Source: Eledone cirrhosa (Eukaryota). From it: a DNA stretch of 64,000 nucleotides. Made by a program: the position numbers and the translations under genes. Below the pieces are notes generated by a model. The model saw nothing but the letters and a program-made list of their open reading frames with translations, made no database searches and had not been told where the DNA came from. The stretch covers positions 12,338,001 through 12,402,000 of the forward strand of contig OZ024746.1 in the NCBI GenBank assembly GCA_964016885.1. The letters run 5' to 3'. This document shows, in pieces, positions 29,535 through 42,846 of the stretch (position 1 is its first letter; each line of letters opens with the position of its first letter).

Positions 29535-29644
29535 TCAGTTGGCCTCAGTAGTCTGGAGAGGCTGGTCAGCTTGAGGTGAAGTGAGATAAGTTTTTCTTTG
29601 ATTCATTCGACTTTGGTTCCTCGGAAGAGAAGCATAAATTCGAC
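29535..29644 (-). CDS. Candidate stop-containing exon (RIYASLPRNQSRMNQRKTYLTSPQADQPLQTTEAN*)
   Basis: gaacag acceptor; open in phase 1 to TGA; gtcagt donor downstream at 29494. Confidence 0.3.
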
Positions 29645-31419
29645 CTGTTCAAGCAAGTAACGAGATGTAGCACTTAGCAAACAAAACTCCGGCCCTGTCG
29701 ACAAGGACCCGACAGTAATTCTTCCATCGGCACTTCAACCACACTCAGTCATCCGCCTCTTCATATAGACAGCACAGCTTCTTTGAACTGCCAGCATACC
29801 TATGCTGATATGTATTGTCTGACTACAACTTTATATTTTTATGATTCGAAGTAATCATCTTCTTTTTACTGAAGTGAAGTAAAGTTATATATCTAAACCA
29901 AATTATTGGTATTTGTTGTGTTTATAATCCTCTTCAACAGAAACTAAAAACTTCGCTTCACAAATACATGCAATTGTTGTTCATCGTATCACATATGTTC
30001 GCTACATTTACACAGCCTTGACATCTGGAATGTCATATGACTCATTCACTGGGTCAACGCATCCTTAATTTTTGGTGCAATTATTTTTCATATTTTCACG
30101 TAACCCTAGTGCAGCACAGATGTCGCAGACACCTAACAAAATTCTATGCCAGTCGTCACCATCTTCAACCAATCAAACTGTAGCTTAAACAGATCGCAAT
30201 TTGAGCTAGGTGACAGTTAGGACACAACTCTACGTCACTCTATCAATTGAAAATCATGAAATTGTGAAACCGGTTAAGTTAATGTAAATAAATCTTCTTA
30301 AAGACTCCAATCGCATTTTCAACATCTTTTCATTAAATTTCTCCTCACAAGGAATAAAGACAATTTATTTTCCTGTGTATGTACATACATATGTACATAT
30401 ATAAGTATATGCATACATACGTGCATACATACATATATAGCTACACACAAACATAGATACATACGCATACATACATAATTGTTTCTACTTTTGGCACAAA
30501 GCCAGCAATTACCCAGTACATTACTGGTACTTTATTTTATCGACCCCGTAAGGATGAAAGGCAAAGTCAACCTCGGCGGGATTTGAACTCAGATCGTAAA
30601 GGGACGTAACTATGCTGGAAAGCATGGCGTCCGACCCTCTACCGATACTGCCAATCACATAATACATACATACATGCATAGATATATACATGCACATACA
30701 TACACACATATATACATACACACATACATGCATACACATACACATACATATACACATACATCCATCCACCCATCCATCCATACATACACACACACACACA
30801 CACATACATACATACATACATACATACACACATACATACATACATACATACATACATACATACATACATACATACATTTACAACGAACAGTTCAAATGTA
30901 ATCAAACGATTAATATGTTTTTTGCTTTTTCTTTAGTATTAATCTAATGATGTGTGGTTATCTTTTATCGATAAGCAGTATGTTATTTAGATTAACCATG
31001 AATATAATTATCAGCTTGTTCTTCTTCATCCTAAAACTGAAACTGTTGTCAAGGTCATGAGGTGCCTATGCAAAATATGTACACCATCTTCCAGAAACTG
31101 CTTAGCTTTCAAATTTTGTATCATTATGGTGAAATAAATATTTTTTGTAGTCACTAGACTTTGGTCGAGCTATAGTTTCACCATCAATGGAATTGTTTGA
31201 TGATATAGCCTCCAGCACTGATCTTTACAAATGGTTGGATAACAGCTTGGCTGGTCGGACTGCCATGCTTTGCAGCATAGAGTTACGGCCCTTTACGGTC
31301 TGAGTTCAAATCCCGCCGAGGTTAACTTTGCCTTTCATCCTTACGAGGTCGATAAAATAAAGTACCAGTAATGCACTGGGTATTGCTGGCCTTGTGCCAA
31401 AAGTAGAAACAATTATTAT

Positions 31420-31468
<49 letters not shown>

Positions 31469-31581
31469 GTATATATGTATATATATGTATATATATAATA
31501 GTGTTTTTTGCAACAATAAATCTTTAAAGGGATATCACCAGTCTGCTCTCCTGTTATTTTAATTAAATTAATATATAGATA

Positions 31582-31688
<107 letters not shown>

Positions 31689-31764
31689 CGAAGGAAATGT
31701 GGTAAGGAACCAGGTGGACCATAACGCACCAAAGTACTCAATACTTGGGGTAGTAGAGTGGGTA

Positions 31765-31876
31765 ATAGGAACGAGTAGGACCCCGACGGCTGAGCTCAAG
31801 CCGTTTCGACGGCTAATTCTGGACCAGAATTAGCCGTCGAAACGGCTTGAGCTCAGCCGTCGGGGTCCTACTCGTT

Positions 31877-31881
<5 letters not shown>
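31765..31881. repeat. Perfect 58-bp inverted repeat with a 1-nt spacer
   Basis: ataggaacg...ttctgg A ccagaa...cgttcctat. Confidence 0.95.
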
Positions 31882-31964
<83 letters not shown>

Positions 31965-32305
31965 ATAATATATTTCGATTACCTGGTTACTTAAGATCCT
32001 GGCAACATCATCATGTGCAGTAATAATTGTTTCTACTTTTTTGGCACAAGGCCAGCAATTACCCAGTGCATTACTGGTACTTTATTTTATCGACCCCGTA
32101 AGGATAAAAGTTTCAACTGTTGAAAATTGCAAACTTGACTGTCACCACACAATATGAACCTGAAGATTGCGAAATAATGAAAGTACTTGTTCAATTAACA
32201 CTTAACATTTAATATTCTACCATACTATTTCATTCTAATACCATTATAAATTTTAAAGGATTGTAAATAAAACGAGTAAATCAGACAAAGTTGGAATTCC
32301 TTTTA

Positions 32306-32369
<64 letters not shown>

Positions 32370-32371
32370 TA

Positions 32372-32646
32372 AAAGGAATTCCAGCTTTGAGTCAGCTCAA
32401 AAGTGACACAGAGGAGACTGAGGTTGGCTGGACATGCTCACCGACATCCAGAGTTGACATTGCACTCAGTGCTCCTTTGGGAGCCCCTACATGGACACAC
32501 TAGAAGAGGAAGACCAAGGTTAACGTATGTTGATGCCCTAAGGACAGACACTGGTCTGTTGGAGATGCAGGACATGGCAGCGATAATGAGGGACAGAGAC
32601 CGCTGGAGAGAACTCGTCCATGGATCTCGGGAATTTTACCCGCCTT

Positions 32647-32648
<2 letters not shown>
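32372..32648 (+). mobile_element. RTE LINE 3' fragment flanked by (TA)n
   Basis: RRLRLAGHAHRH..LLWEP..RGRPRLTY. Confidence 0.85.
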
Positions 32649-32691
<43 letters not shown>

Positions 32692-34431
32692 AATAATGGA
32701 GCTGCGGCGTTGCAAATGGGTTACATATGAAAAAGTGAGTCCTTCATCAGTGACCCTCCAACCGTCCTAGGCATTTCATCGCTTTAAGGGCCATATACCT
32801 CAGGTTGGTGCGAACAACGGCTAAAAAAATCGTTGGGACACGTAAATAAAGAGAACGTTAGGGTGAACAAACAAAATGGTTTAAGCAACAGAAAGTGAGA
32901 AGAAAAAGACAAGTCCCAGATTTCTATGAATATAAACTCGATATTTACACTTCTTCAATGTATCTATACACACACGCCCACATAAAATCATAACCTGATC
33001 TGGTAACGGCCTGTCATTTGATTCAGCATTTTGGAAAAGATATTGCTAAATGATGAGTTTCAATCAAAAGAGATTGAGAATAAAGCAACACAGTTAACTC
33101 TTTTGCAGCACAGAGAACGTCAAAATATGAAATTGCAGAAAATGGAAGCAGTCTCAATACCCAAGAGAAATTCATTAGTGAATAAAAAGAGTTATAGTTA
33201 TTTTACAAAACCTGTGTATAATCACAATTATTTTAGAATTTAATCGAAACTTAGTTAAAAATATAGTAACGAAAGCATCAAGGTTTTTATATGCGAAATA
33301 GTGATGTTTCATAACATTCTGAAAAGATCGAACTTTAAAAGGCTTAGATAGTAAGAAGAGCCTACGAATGTCAGACGAAAATATTTTTTAAAGATTTTTT
33401 GGCAAGGAAGGCATGGTAAAATTGAAGAGCATCTTATAAGATATCAAATACACACGTTATGTAAAACAAAGTACTGTGTCTCGCTGACTCTGCTTGAGGA
33501 TTAGACAAAGGTACACGTGTCTGTGCATTACTCAGCCACTTACACACTAATTCAATAAGTAGATAGTTGAGTTGATCGAACAACCAAATAGTCATCATCG
33601 AAACAGACAGGGATCCATTACTTATTTCTGTATGTCTTGGGAATTTGGTATACAGGGGGTAGTATTTGTGTGGGAATGTACACATATATCGATCGCAGGG
33701 ACAAACCCTCACCTTCTATAAAATTCTCCCACGAGAATTTAAAATCATCATCATCGTCATCATCATCATCGTCATCATCATCATCATCATCATCATCCCT
33801 AGCAACAACAACAATAAGAACGAGGTAGTCTCTATGTGGTCACTTGTCCTGCTAGAAATATCAGTCAAGTTCCATCAGTTAATGCCCTATTGTCTTAACA
33901 AAGGTAAGACTCTTTGGACAAGGTAATCCTTCATATATAAAGGGAAGGTATGTTATCCGCTGGGATACCTTTGATGATTACAGTGCTGGTGTGAGGATAA
34001 ACAACTACAACAATAACAAGCCAACGGGAGGGCATTTATATAATCGTTTGAACGGCTAGAAACATCAGCCAAATCTCCCGCGAATGACAACCCATCGTTT
34101 TACGAAGAAAAGACTTATTAGATAATTGTTTCTACTTTTGGCACAAGGCCAGCAATTATCCCAGTGTATTACTGGTACTTTATTTTATCGACCCCGTAAG
34201 GATGAAAGGCAAAGTTAACCTCGGCAGGATTTGAACTCAGACCATAAAGGGCCGTAACTCTTTGCTGCAAAGCATGGCGTCCGACCCTCTACCAATACTG
34301 CCAATCCACTAATGCAGCCCTGGATGTCTGGAAAATAGACTGGGTGGTTACAGCTGGAACACCTTTAATCCTGTCTGTGCGTAACAGCGACATCAGCAAT
34401 AATACAGACAACTACAACAACAACAACAACA

Positions 34432-34477
<46 letters not shown>

Positions 34478-34866
34478 AAAATATCATTAGTTGCGTCCCA
34501 TTCCATTCTGAGTTCAAATCACACCAAGGTCAACTTTGCTTTTCATCCTTCCAGGATCAATAAAATAAAATGCCAGTCAGTTACTGGGATCAATTGAATC
34601 AATTTTTCTCTCCCTTCAAAACATTGCTGGCCTTGTGCAAAAATTATTATTATTATTATTATTATCATTATGGATTGGCAGTATCGGTAGAGGGTCGGAC
34701 GCCATGCTTTCCAGCATAGTTACGTCCCTTTATGATCTGAGTTCAAATCCCGCCGAGGTTGACTTTGCCTTTCATCCTTACGGGGTCGATAAAATAAAGT
34801 ACCAGTAATGCACTGGGGTAATTGCTGGCCTTGTGCCTAAAGTAGAAACAATTATTATTATTATTA

Positions 34867-35198
34867 CTTCCCAGCATTTTGTTGAAAGATGGGTGAGAGA
34901 GGCAAGTATGGCCCGAGTGAATGGGCCTACTCTGAGTATGTGTCTGTAAATTAAAGGTGGAAAACTGGGAGAGGGCACTTGCCCTGGTGGTCAGGGTCAC
35001 TGTGGCTTTTTAATGGGCTTTCTCCACGAATGTCCCTCGGAAGTCTCCCCCGTATTGGGGAATTTTTCATTGTTATTTTTTTGTTACATCCTCTGTTTTT
35101 GTTTTTTACACGCAGAAATGCCCATTTGTACCGTCCTGCATTGTCCTGCACTGTCCTTAATGTCTACTTTATGTAAACCCTTGTGGTTAATAAAGAAA

Positions 35199-35200
<2 letters not shown>
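34867..35200 (+). mobile_element. 3' end of a Tx1/L1-like LINE in (TTA)n; further 3' fragments on the minus strand at 49914-49998 and 50412-50490
   Basis: ORF end FVERWVREASMARVNGPTLSMCL*, 3' UTR with AATAAA, (TTA)n on both sides; clade call tentative. Confidence 0.55.
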
Positions 35201-35247
<47 letters not shown>

Positions 35248-36165
35248 AGGCGGTGAATTGGCAGTATCAGTAGAGCGTCAGACACCATGCTTTACAGCAT
35301 AGAGTTATGGCTCTTTACGTTCTGAGTTAAAATCCCGCCGAGGTTAACTTTGCCTTTCATCCTTACGGGGTCGATAAAATAAAGAACCAGTAATGCATTG
35401 GGATAATTGCTGGCCTTGTGCCAAAAGTAGAAACAATTATTATTATTGCTATTATGTTTTGATGTGGTTGGTGTTGTTTATTATACATATATTCATGAAT
35501 AATATTTCAACATAATTCTTCCCATCTTCTCTTGTGAGTTTTCTTTATAATCCCATTAATCGACCTATTAGTCAACTAATCCGCCATTTAAGTCGGCTTA
35601 AAAGATTTGAATGGACTACCAACCAGTCTCATAACTAGAAAATGAACCAGTTTCTGTTTGCATTAAATCAACATGATGATCATCATCGTCTTGGTCGTTA
35701 TCATTGTCATTATGGAGATTCCTTTATTCTGTCCCTGTTCCCGAACATCACCCCCTAAAAATAAGGTGTCTTTAAAGGACCTCTGCTTAGTCTTCACGGC
35801 ATTATATCAATGGAAGTCATATCATATCTCTTTTTCTTGATAAGCTACCAGTCTATTGTAATAATTGTTTCTACTTTTGGCACAAGGCCAGCAATTACCC
35901 AGTGCATTACTGGTACTTTATTTTATCGACCCCGTAAGGATGAAAGGCAAAGTTAACCTCGGCGGGATTTGAACTCAGAATGGCAGGGCCGTAACGCTAT
36001 GCGACAAAGCATGGCCTCCGACCCTCTACCTATACTGCCAATCCACCGTCCTTCTATTGTAATAATATTATCTGGTAATCTGCAACATATTTCATTTCTC
36101 AACAGCAAAATGAACATAAACAAGTGTACATAGAATTGTGTGTTGTCCAAATAGGTAATCAATAC

Positions 36166-36234
36166 CATATGTCCTTGGTTCTAGTATTTCTGTTGCTCCC
36201 AAAACTTTAACAGGCCCGACCGTCACACCACCTC
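36166..36234 (-). CDS. Candidate exon (GGVTVGPVKVLGATEILEPRTY)
   Basis: Weak AG acceptor / gtattg donor; 69 nt, open in phase 1->1. Confidence 0.35.
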
Positions 36235-36569
36235 CTCTTCACATAGGCAAGAAAAGCAAAGTTAATGCAAAACGTGAACTCTGAATATAGATGGAGTAGT
36301 CAAATTGATAGTAAGGTATTTGTTAGGTCATGTGGTATATTGATTTTCTTTTGAATAGGTTCTATGTGAAAGAGTGAGTAGGACATCGAATTTATCCTTT
36401 ATTGTCTCTGGGATGATGAAAGCAAAGTCGAACAAGGTCGACTATGAACTCAGGCATTACAGATTGGAGACTAAATTCTGTAAAACATTTTATTCTGCAT
36501 CAGGAACATCATTATATCGAGGTTACGGAATGACAGTAACCCGTCTGAGGGACCACCTTCCTCAAGGAG

Positions 36570-36790
36570 CCCCGTGAGGTGAGGTGGTTGTTACAGCGGG
36601 CATCAGTGGCCATTGTCCGCGGCAACGACTGCCATTTCGTCCGCAGGACGCAGCCGAAACACCACTCCGACTTAGGTGTAGAGCCTGTCAACCTCGCCCA
36701 TTCCTCCTTTTCTTTCTTTCGTTGCTTAATAATCCTCGCCCTTCCCTCCTTTTCCTCTCATTTATAGTCCTTTGCAACGCTACTTTCTTT
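36570..36790 (+). mobile_element. CRE-like 3' end; related copy at ~6790-7050 (-)
   Basis: PREVRWLLQRASVAIVRGN, and EWLLQQVLLAILCGNAFAIL in the other copy; similar 3' UTRs. Confidence 0.6.
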
Positions 36791-36959
36791 TTATTTATGT
36801 CTGATTAAATATTAAATCCTTTATTATTTATATGTAATTGAAAAATATATCTAATCAATTATAGTACATCTCTAGAGAACAAACACGATGTATGCTTAAT
36901 TACAAGACATCACAAATTACAGAGAAAACAATTATATCAAAATAGAAATACTGCTTTAC

Positions 36960-37043
36960 CTTGGCCATTCACATTTCCCATATTATAACTCCTTTTCTTT
37001 TCCAATGATTTCTTCTTTTTGTAAATTCCAGATATAGAATTTT
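36960..37043 (-). CDS. Candidate exon (NSISGIYKKKKSLEKKRSYNMGNVNGQ)
   Basis: ccatag / gtaaag; 84 nt, open in phase 1->1. Confidence 0.45.
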
Positions 37044-37251
37044 CTATGGTAAAATTCCAAAATATTTTTCAAGTCAATTTTAAAACTAAATACTTGATAC
37101 GTCTCTGTTGACTTTCTTAGTTTGTGTTGAATGTTTTATTTAGTTCAGTGGCTGTTTCCTTGGATCTTTCCACCTAGACTTTTCTAATCTTCTTATAGAA
37201 GTTAATAGAGATAATATCCATAAAGTCCACAATTATGCCGCAATTACTAAC

Positions 37252-37347
37252 CTGGATTCATTATAGAATTATCTTCTTCTCTACTGTTACTATTGTTACC
37301 ATCATCAGTATCTTCCTTGTCGTTACCATAATATTTAATACCACATC
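37252..37347 (-). CDS. Candidate exon of an unidentified gene (CGIKYYGNDKEDTDDGNNSNSREEDNSIMNP)
   Basis: attccag / gttagt; 96 nt, open in phase 1->1; no homology recognised. Confidence 0.5.
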
Positions 37348-37460
37348 CTGGAATGACAAGAACAATTGGAAATAACACGGACATTTCACTTTGAAATTAA
37401 AAACAATGTATAAATTACAACTTACTCATCTCTCCCTCTCTCTCATCTCCTCTTCTCCCA

Positions 37461-37498
<38 letters not shown>

Positions 37499-38230
37499 TA
37501 ATTAATTGTTTCTACTTTAGGCACAAGGCCAGCAATTACCCAGTACATACTGGTACTTTATTTTATCGACCCCGTAAGGATGAAAGGCAAAGTCAACCTC
37601 GGCGGGATTTGAACTCAGATCGTAAAGGGACGTAACTATGCTGGAAAGCATGGCGTCCGACCCTCTACCGATACTGCCAATCCACCGCCTCCACACACAC
37701 ACACACAGTAATTAATGTTATCTATACTAGTCTATACATACCCTAACAATTAACGGATATCTCCGTGAGATAAAAAAAAATGTTTCTCTGGGTTTCATAA
37801 GCACAATGCTGTTTAAATTTCAAGGAATCATACATATCAGGGAATATTTAATAAATGTAATAATTCTTATTTATGCATAATTATTTGTATAGTTCTACCA
37901 TCTAATTAATTAAAAAGACTTCTTTAGAAATTTTTTTAATGAATCCTTTCTTAATGACAAAAAAAAAAAAAAAAATAGAAAAAAAAAGAAGATTAAAAAA
38001 TTTCTCTGAAACAATGTTATGTTTGAAGTACTTATACATGCAGAGAAGACTAAAACTATTTAAAACTGAAAATCCAACTTCTTTCAAATTTACTTCTTTC
38101 AAATAATGTAAAAAAAGACATGAAAGAGAAAGAGAAAATTCCAACACTTGCAACAATATCAATATAGAAGCACCTACATTAGCATCCCAACTTATGATTG
38201 ATGATGGACTTGACTGACTGACTTAAGCAT

Positions 38231-38266
38231 TTTCTGATGAAGGACTAAAGTCCGAAGCGTTAAAAC
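38231..38266 (+). ncRNA. Degenerate minimal hammerhead
   Basis: TTT-CTGATGA-a-GGAC taaa GTCC-GAAG-cgtta-AAA; GAAA changed to GAAG. Confidence 0.5.
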
Positions 38267-39151
38267 TCTTTTCATGCTATATCAGACGTTAAATATATCA
38301 TATATATTTAAAAGCTTTACACTATATACCTTATAATTATAAATAGAAAGCCGAATTAAATGCATGCACAGGGCACCTACAGACAAGTACGGATAAAAGG
38401 TGAAAGTACCCTTTCTCACTCCAAATTAAAGACATCGAAAAACTTTGAATCTGACCATATCGATCTGGTTAATGTAAGATTTCGATATTTCACCAACTCT
38501 TTCTAAATCTTTACGGGCAACCACATGAATTCCTTGACGTAATACGTATGTATGGACACGCAACACATCCCCACAGCACTCAATGCCATAAAGACAAAAA
38601 ACGAAATAATAAGCTCCTCAACTAAGAATAGAAGCTCGTGTAGATCATCTCGCTATGGGCATTACTCTTAAACGTCACAAGACCAGCCTTTTCTATAATC
38701 AGAAATGTAGGTTAAGTGGCACCCCTTCCTCCTAAAACAAATTGAAAATGGCTATCAAGGGTATTATTAATATTGTCAACCTCAAGATTAGAAGTCTCTT
38801 GAAACCAGATCAATGAACCTGCAATGTTACCGTCACCACTCGGTTCCAAACAAGGTATTTCGTAAGGAAATTCACTACAAATACTGGTTCTCATTACTTA
38901 ATTACATAAATATTTCATATGAAAATTTAAAATCAAAATCCTTGAGCTATTTAATTGTAAGAAACTATTTTGAGTTTCTAACTCAATATATACCTTTAAT
39001 ATATTCGGCTCCTTGAATTTGTTGAGCTAATTTAAATGTCGAGTAAACTTGGCTGCTATTTTTAGTAGCATACGTTTTATGAGACACGCTAGGTACTGAT
39101 GCCATGTCCGTTATTTTATATACGCACACTATTCAGGGTTTACTAATTTCA

Positions 39152-39230
39152 CACCCACTGATGAGCAATAGAATTGGTAATTCCCTATCACAAAAATTGC
39201 GAAACAGCATTACCAAAAGCTGTCTGCGTG
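39152..39230 (+). ncRNA. Type I hammerhead ribozyme
   Basis: CACCCA-CTGATGA-GCAAT..ATTGC-GAAA-CAGC..GCTG-TC-TGCGTG: complete core, stems II and III perfect, stem I with one C-C mismatch. Confidence 0.85.
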
Positions 39231-39490
39231 TCTGAGAGTTGTCGCAATATCGGTTTGTATTTCTTTTCTTAATTTATTCTTTTAAATTGAGTCTGGTAAA
39301 CCCTATTGTTCATAATATCCCCCCCCCCCCCCAGCGAATCTGGTCCCTTACGATTTGAACACATATATGTATATATCTGTGTTTATCTCTCTTTTATATT
39401 CAATTATACTACATGGCCCGGAATAATTTCTTTCCTTGAGCTATTTAATTGTAAGAGACTCTTTTGAGTTTGTAACTCAATATATACCTT

Positions 39491-39538
<48 letters not shown>

Positions 39539-39723
39539 ATAATAATAAATGTGAAGACTAAAATCCAAAGAGGTCTCGATAAGGATAAATATATATCAAA
39601 TATATAAGAACCCTAGAGAAAATATTTATTAAAATAACAGATTAAAGTTTAAGCAAAGAATCGCTGCTTTCACTCTTAACGGTGAAAGCAGTGATTCTTT
39701 GCTTAAACTTTAATCTATTATTT

Positions 39724-39760
<37 letters not shown>

Positions 39761-40294
39761 CATTAAGTCAGCACTAAGTGTGCCAATCGGTCACATACAA
39801 TGAGGGATACCGGAGTCTCTCTCAAATACTTTTCGAGGCAAGCTAATATTTCGATACCAGGATCACAATAAACATTAGGAAGTATCTGTTAAACCATTAA
39901 GATTCCCATTGAGTAAAAAATAAGGATGACTCTTTGTTAGATGTCTTTATAGGGCGCTTTAATGGAGGCTATGCCGACGAACCTTACAGGATTGTTTATT
40001 CTTGACCACATTCTAAAAGTGTATCCCACAAAGCTCTTCATTGTACAGATACGATGTCTTCACAATATCATACAATAGGAATTGTCACACCATGGATAGA
40101 CTTAAAATAATTTAATAGAAATATTAAAGGCTCAAACACAACCATTAGAAATAGAAAGACAGTTGAGAATAAGAAGAGGAAAAACGGAATTTTTGGTTTT
40201 ACGGGAGGAAAGCACGTCTGTGTTAATCAGCAATTTGGGAGATGTGTGGATCAGAATGTATCTAAGATAGAAGAGAGTTGTATATTTTGTGTTA

Positions 40295-40411
<117 letters not shown>

Positions 40412-40884
40412 CGCGTGGGCGTGTGTACGTGTGTGTGCATGTGTGTGTGTGTGTGTCTGTGTGTGTGTGTATTAGATAGATGGATAGATAGATTGATAGT
40501 TAGATAGATGGATAAATGGGTATATGGGTATGTATATATATATATATATAGCACCAAGAAAAATATAGACTTCGGCGAGAAAGGAAAGTAGGAATTTATT
40601 GGCTTTAATATATATTTCTGTGTCTTCTGTAGTCGTCTACAATCGCAGTGGAAGGCCACAACCACAAACAATTATAAACTTTCTGAAGAAGTGTGATAAA
40701 TAATTAAGTATTGCATATGATTGAACAATATATATTGTAGTCACAGTAGGAATGGTAGCGACTGAAGTAAGACTGTTTGTTTGACTGCAGAGTGGAAAGA
40801 TTATTTTCTCTTCTAGGTGAAACTTGCAACAACAATAATGTACAGCTTGAATCATATTTAACTGGGTGATGTCTAAAAACATCT

Positions 40885-41215
40885 GACTGATAAAATGACA
40901 AGTCAGTCAACCATATCGGTGGCCTTCCCATAGCCCCGGCGGACAGAATGGAGAAAGCGTTTCGCCGGAGGACGGCAAGGGAGACGCGCTGGAAAAGACA
41001 TTCCAGCTCGCGAGGCTCACACACGCGGCTGGCCAGCTCAGCGCCTATGGTGGTGAGTAGGGAGGTAGCCCTAGGGCCAAGGACACCAGAAGTCTCCACT
41101 GCCAGGGGTACAACCGCAAACCTGTCGGAGAGCGACCGGTATTTGAAGAGTTTGGCCTCCTCAGCCGGACATGCAGCAGAACCTGCGTTAGTCGCAGACT
41201 GCACCAGGTTGCGGC
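40885..41215 (-). mobile_element. CRE-like REL fragment, same family as 9175
   Basis: AEEAKLFKYRSLSDRFAVVPLAVETSG. Confidence 0.8.
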
Positions 41216-41527
41216 TGGAGAAGTATTGTCTACTCAACAATATGATTATATTGTAGTCTGCATATGTAGACGATTATAAAAGGCAAAGAAACATATGTTA
41301 AAGCAAATAAATTCCTACTTTCCTTTTTCACCGAAGTCTATATTTTTCTTGGTGCAATACTTGTTTATATGATATACTCCCTGATCTCTCCTGGACATAT
41401 ATACGATATTCCCCTACTTAGATATTTGTCATACAATTCAAAGGATACCTTCGACTCAAATTCTCTATTAAGCAGCTATCTTGTTTAAGCATTCATTCTT
41501 GATATAGATAAACAAAACCTTATCAAC

Positions 41528-41640
<113 letters not shown>

Positions 41641-42012
41641 CACACGCACACACACACACATATATATAGAGAGAAAGATTGTTAGATAAATATATATATA
41701 TAAATATTTACATATACACCAATTAAACAAAGTCACAGATATATATGTGTTTTGGCAACCATTCACGATGTGGCTCAATGAAGAATTAATAAATTAAATA
41801 ATCAGAGGAAAATACTATAAAGTAAAACATGTCCATAGAATCATTTGATAATATATATATACATCATTTCTTCTCCCAATTAGCAAAATTAACCACACAA
41901 AAAATCAATTAGACCAGGCTATATATATATATACATAGATACATTTCTTTATTATATATATAGATAGATAGATACGTATATAGATAGACTATATATATAG
42001 AGAGAGATAGAC

Positions 42013-42045
<33 letters not shown>

Positions 42046-42090
42046 GGGGGTGGGAGGGAGAGGGAGAGGGAGAGAGAAATAAATAAATAA

Positions 42091-42126
<36 letters not shown>

Positions 42127-42482
42127 GTGGATTGGTAGAGAGATAGGATGTTAATAGTAAAACCAGACCCGTATTTAATTACGTTTTCGATACTTTATTA
42201 GCAGTAGAGTGACGTTATTCATTATATGTAAACCTGACCATACAATTGACTGAAGTAAGCAAATGAAAGTTACTTCCCTTGCCTTTTTGCCATGGTGTTG
42301 CATGTGTTATTTGATAGTCAATAACTTCAATGTGATTTTGATAACGTTTCGTCTATGGCGGACTTGTGCTGTGTTCTCAAAGAACCATACCCGACCGCCA
42401 TCTTTGTTTTCAATCACAGCTTGTTAACTGAATGATTGTAGTATAATACTTATGTTTGCATGACAACTCACCTCTTAAAATA

Positions 42483-42815
42483 AACACACACACACAGACA
42501 GAGACACAGGCACACACACATACACACGCACACAAACACACACTCTCACACACACAGACACACACACACAGATACACACACTGCCACACACACACACACA
42601 CACACACACAGACAGAGACACAGGCACACACACATACACACGCACACAAACACACACTCTCACACACACAGACACACACACACAGATACACACACTGCCA
42701 CACACACACACACACACACACACAGACAGAGACACAGGCACACACACATACACACGCACACAAACACACACTCTCACACACACAGACACACACACACAGA
42801 TACACACACTGCCAG

Positions 42816-42846
<31 letters not shown>

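Noticed and set aside
35648-35755. Possible exon after a tttttag acceptor
   Set aside because: No reading frame stays open from acceptor to donor
42391-42410. AAAG-ATGGCGGTCGG|gtatgg on the minus strand as first coding exon (YY1/Kozak-like)
   Set aside because: Ends in phase 2, and I could not link it in frame to the phase-1 candidate exons; kept only as a possible promoter hint
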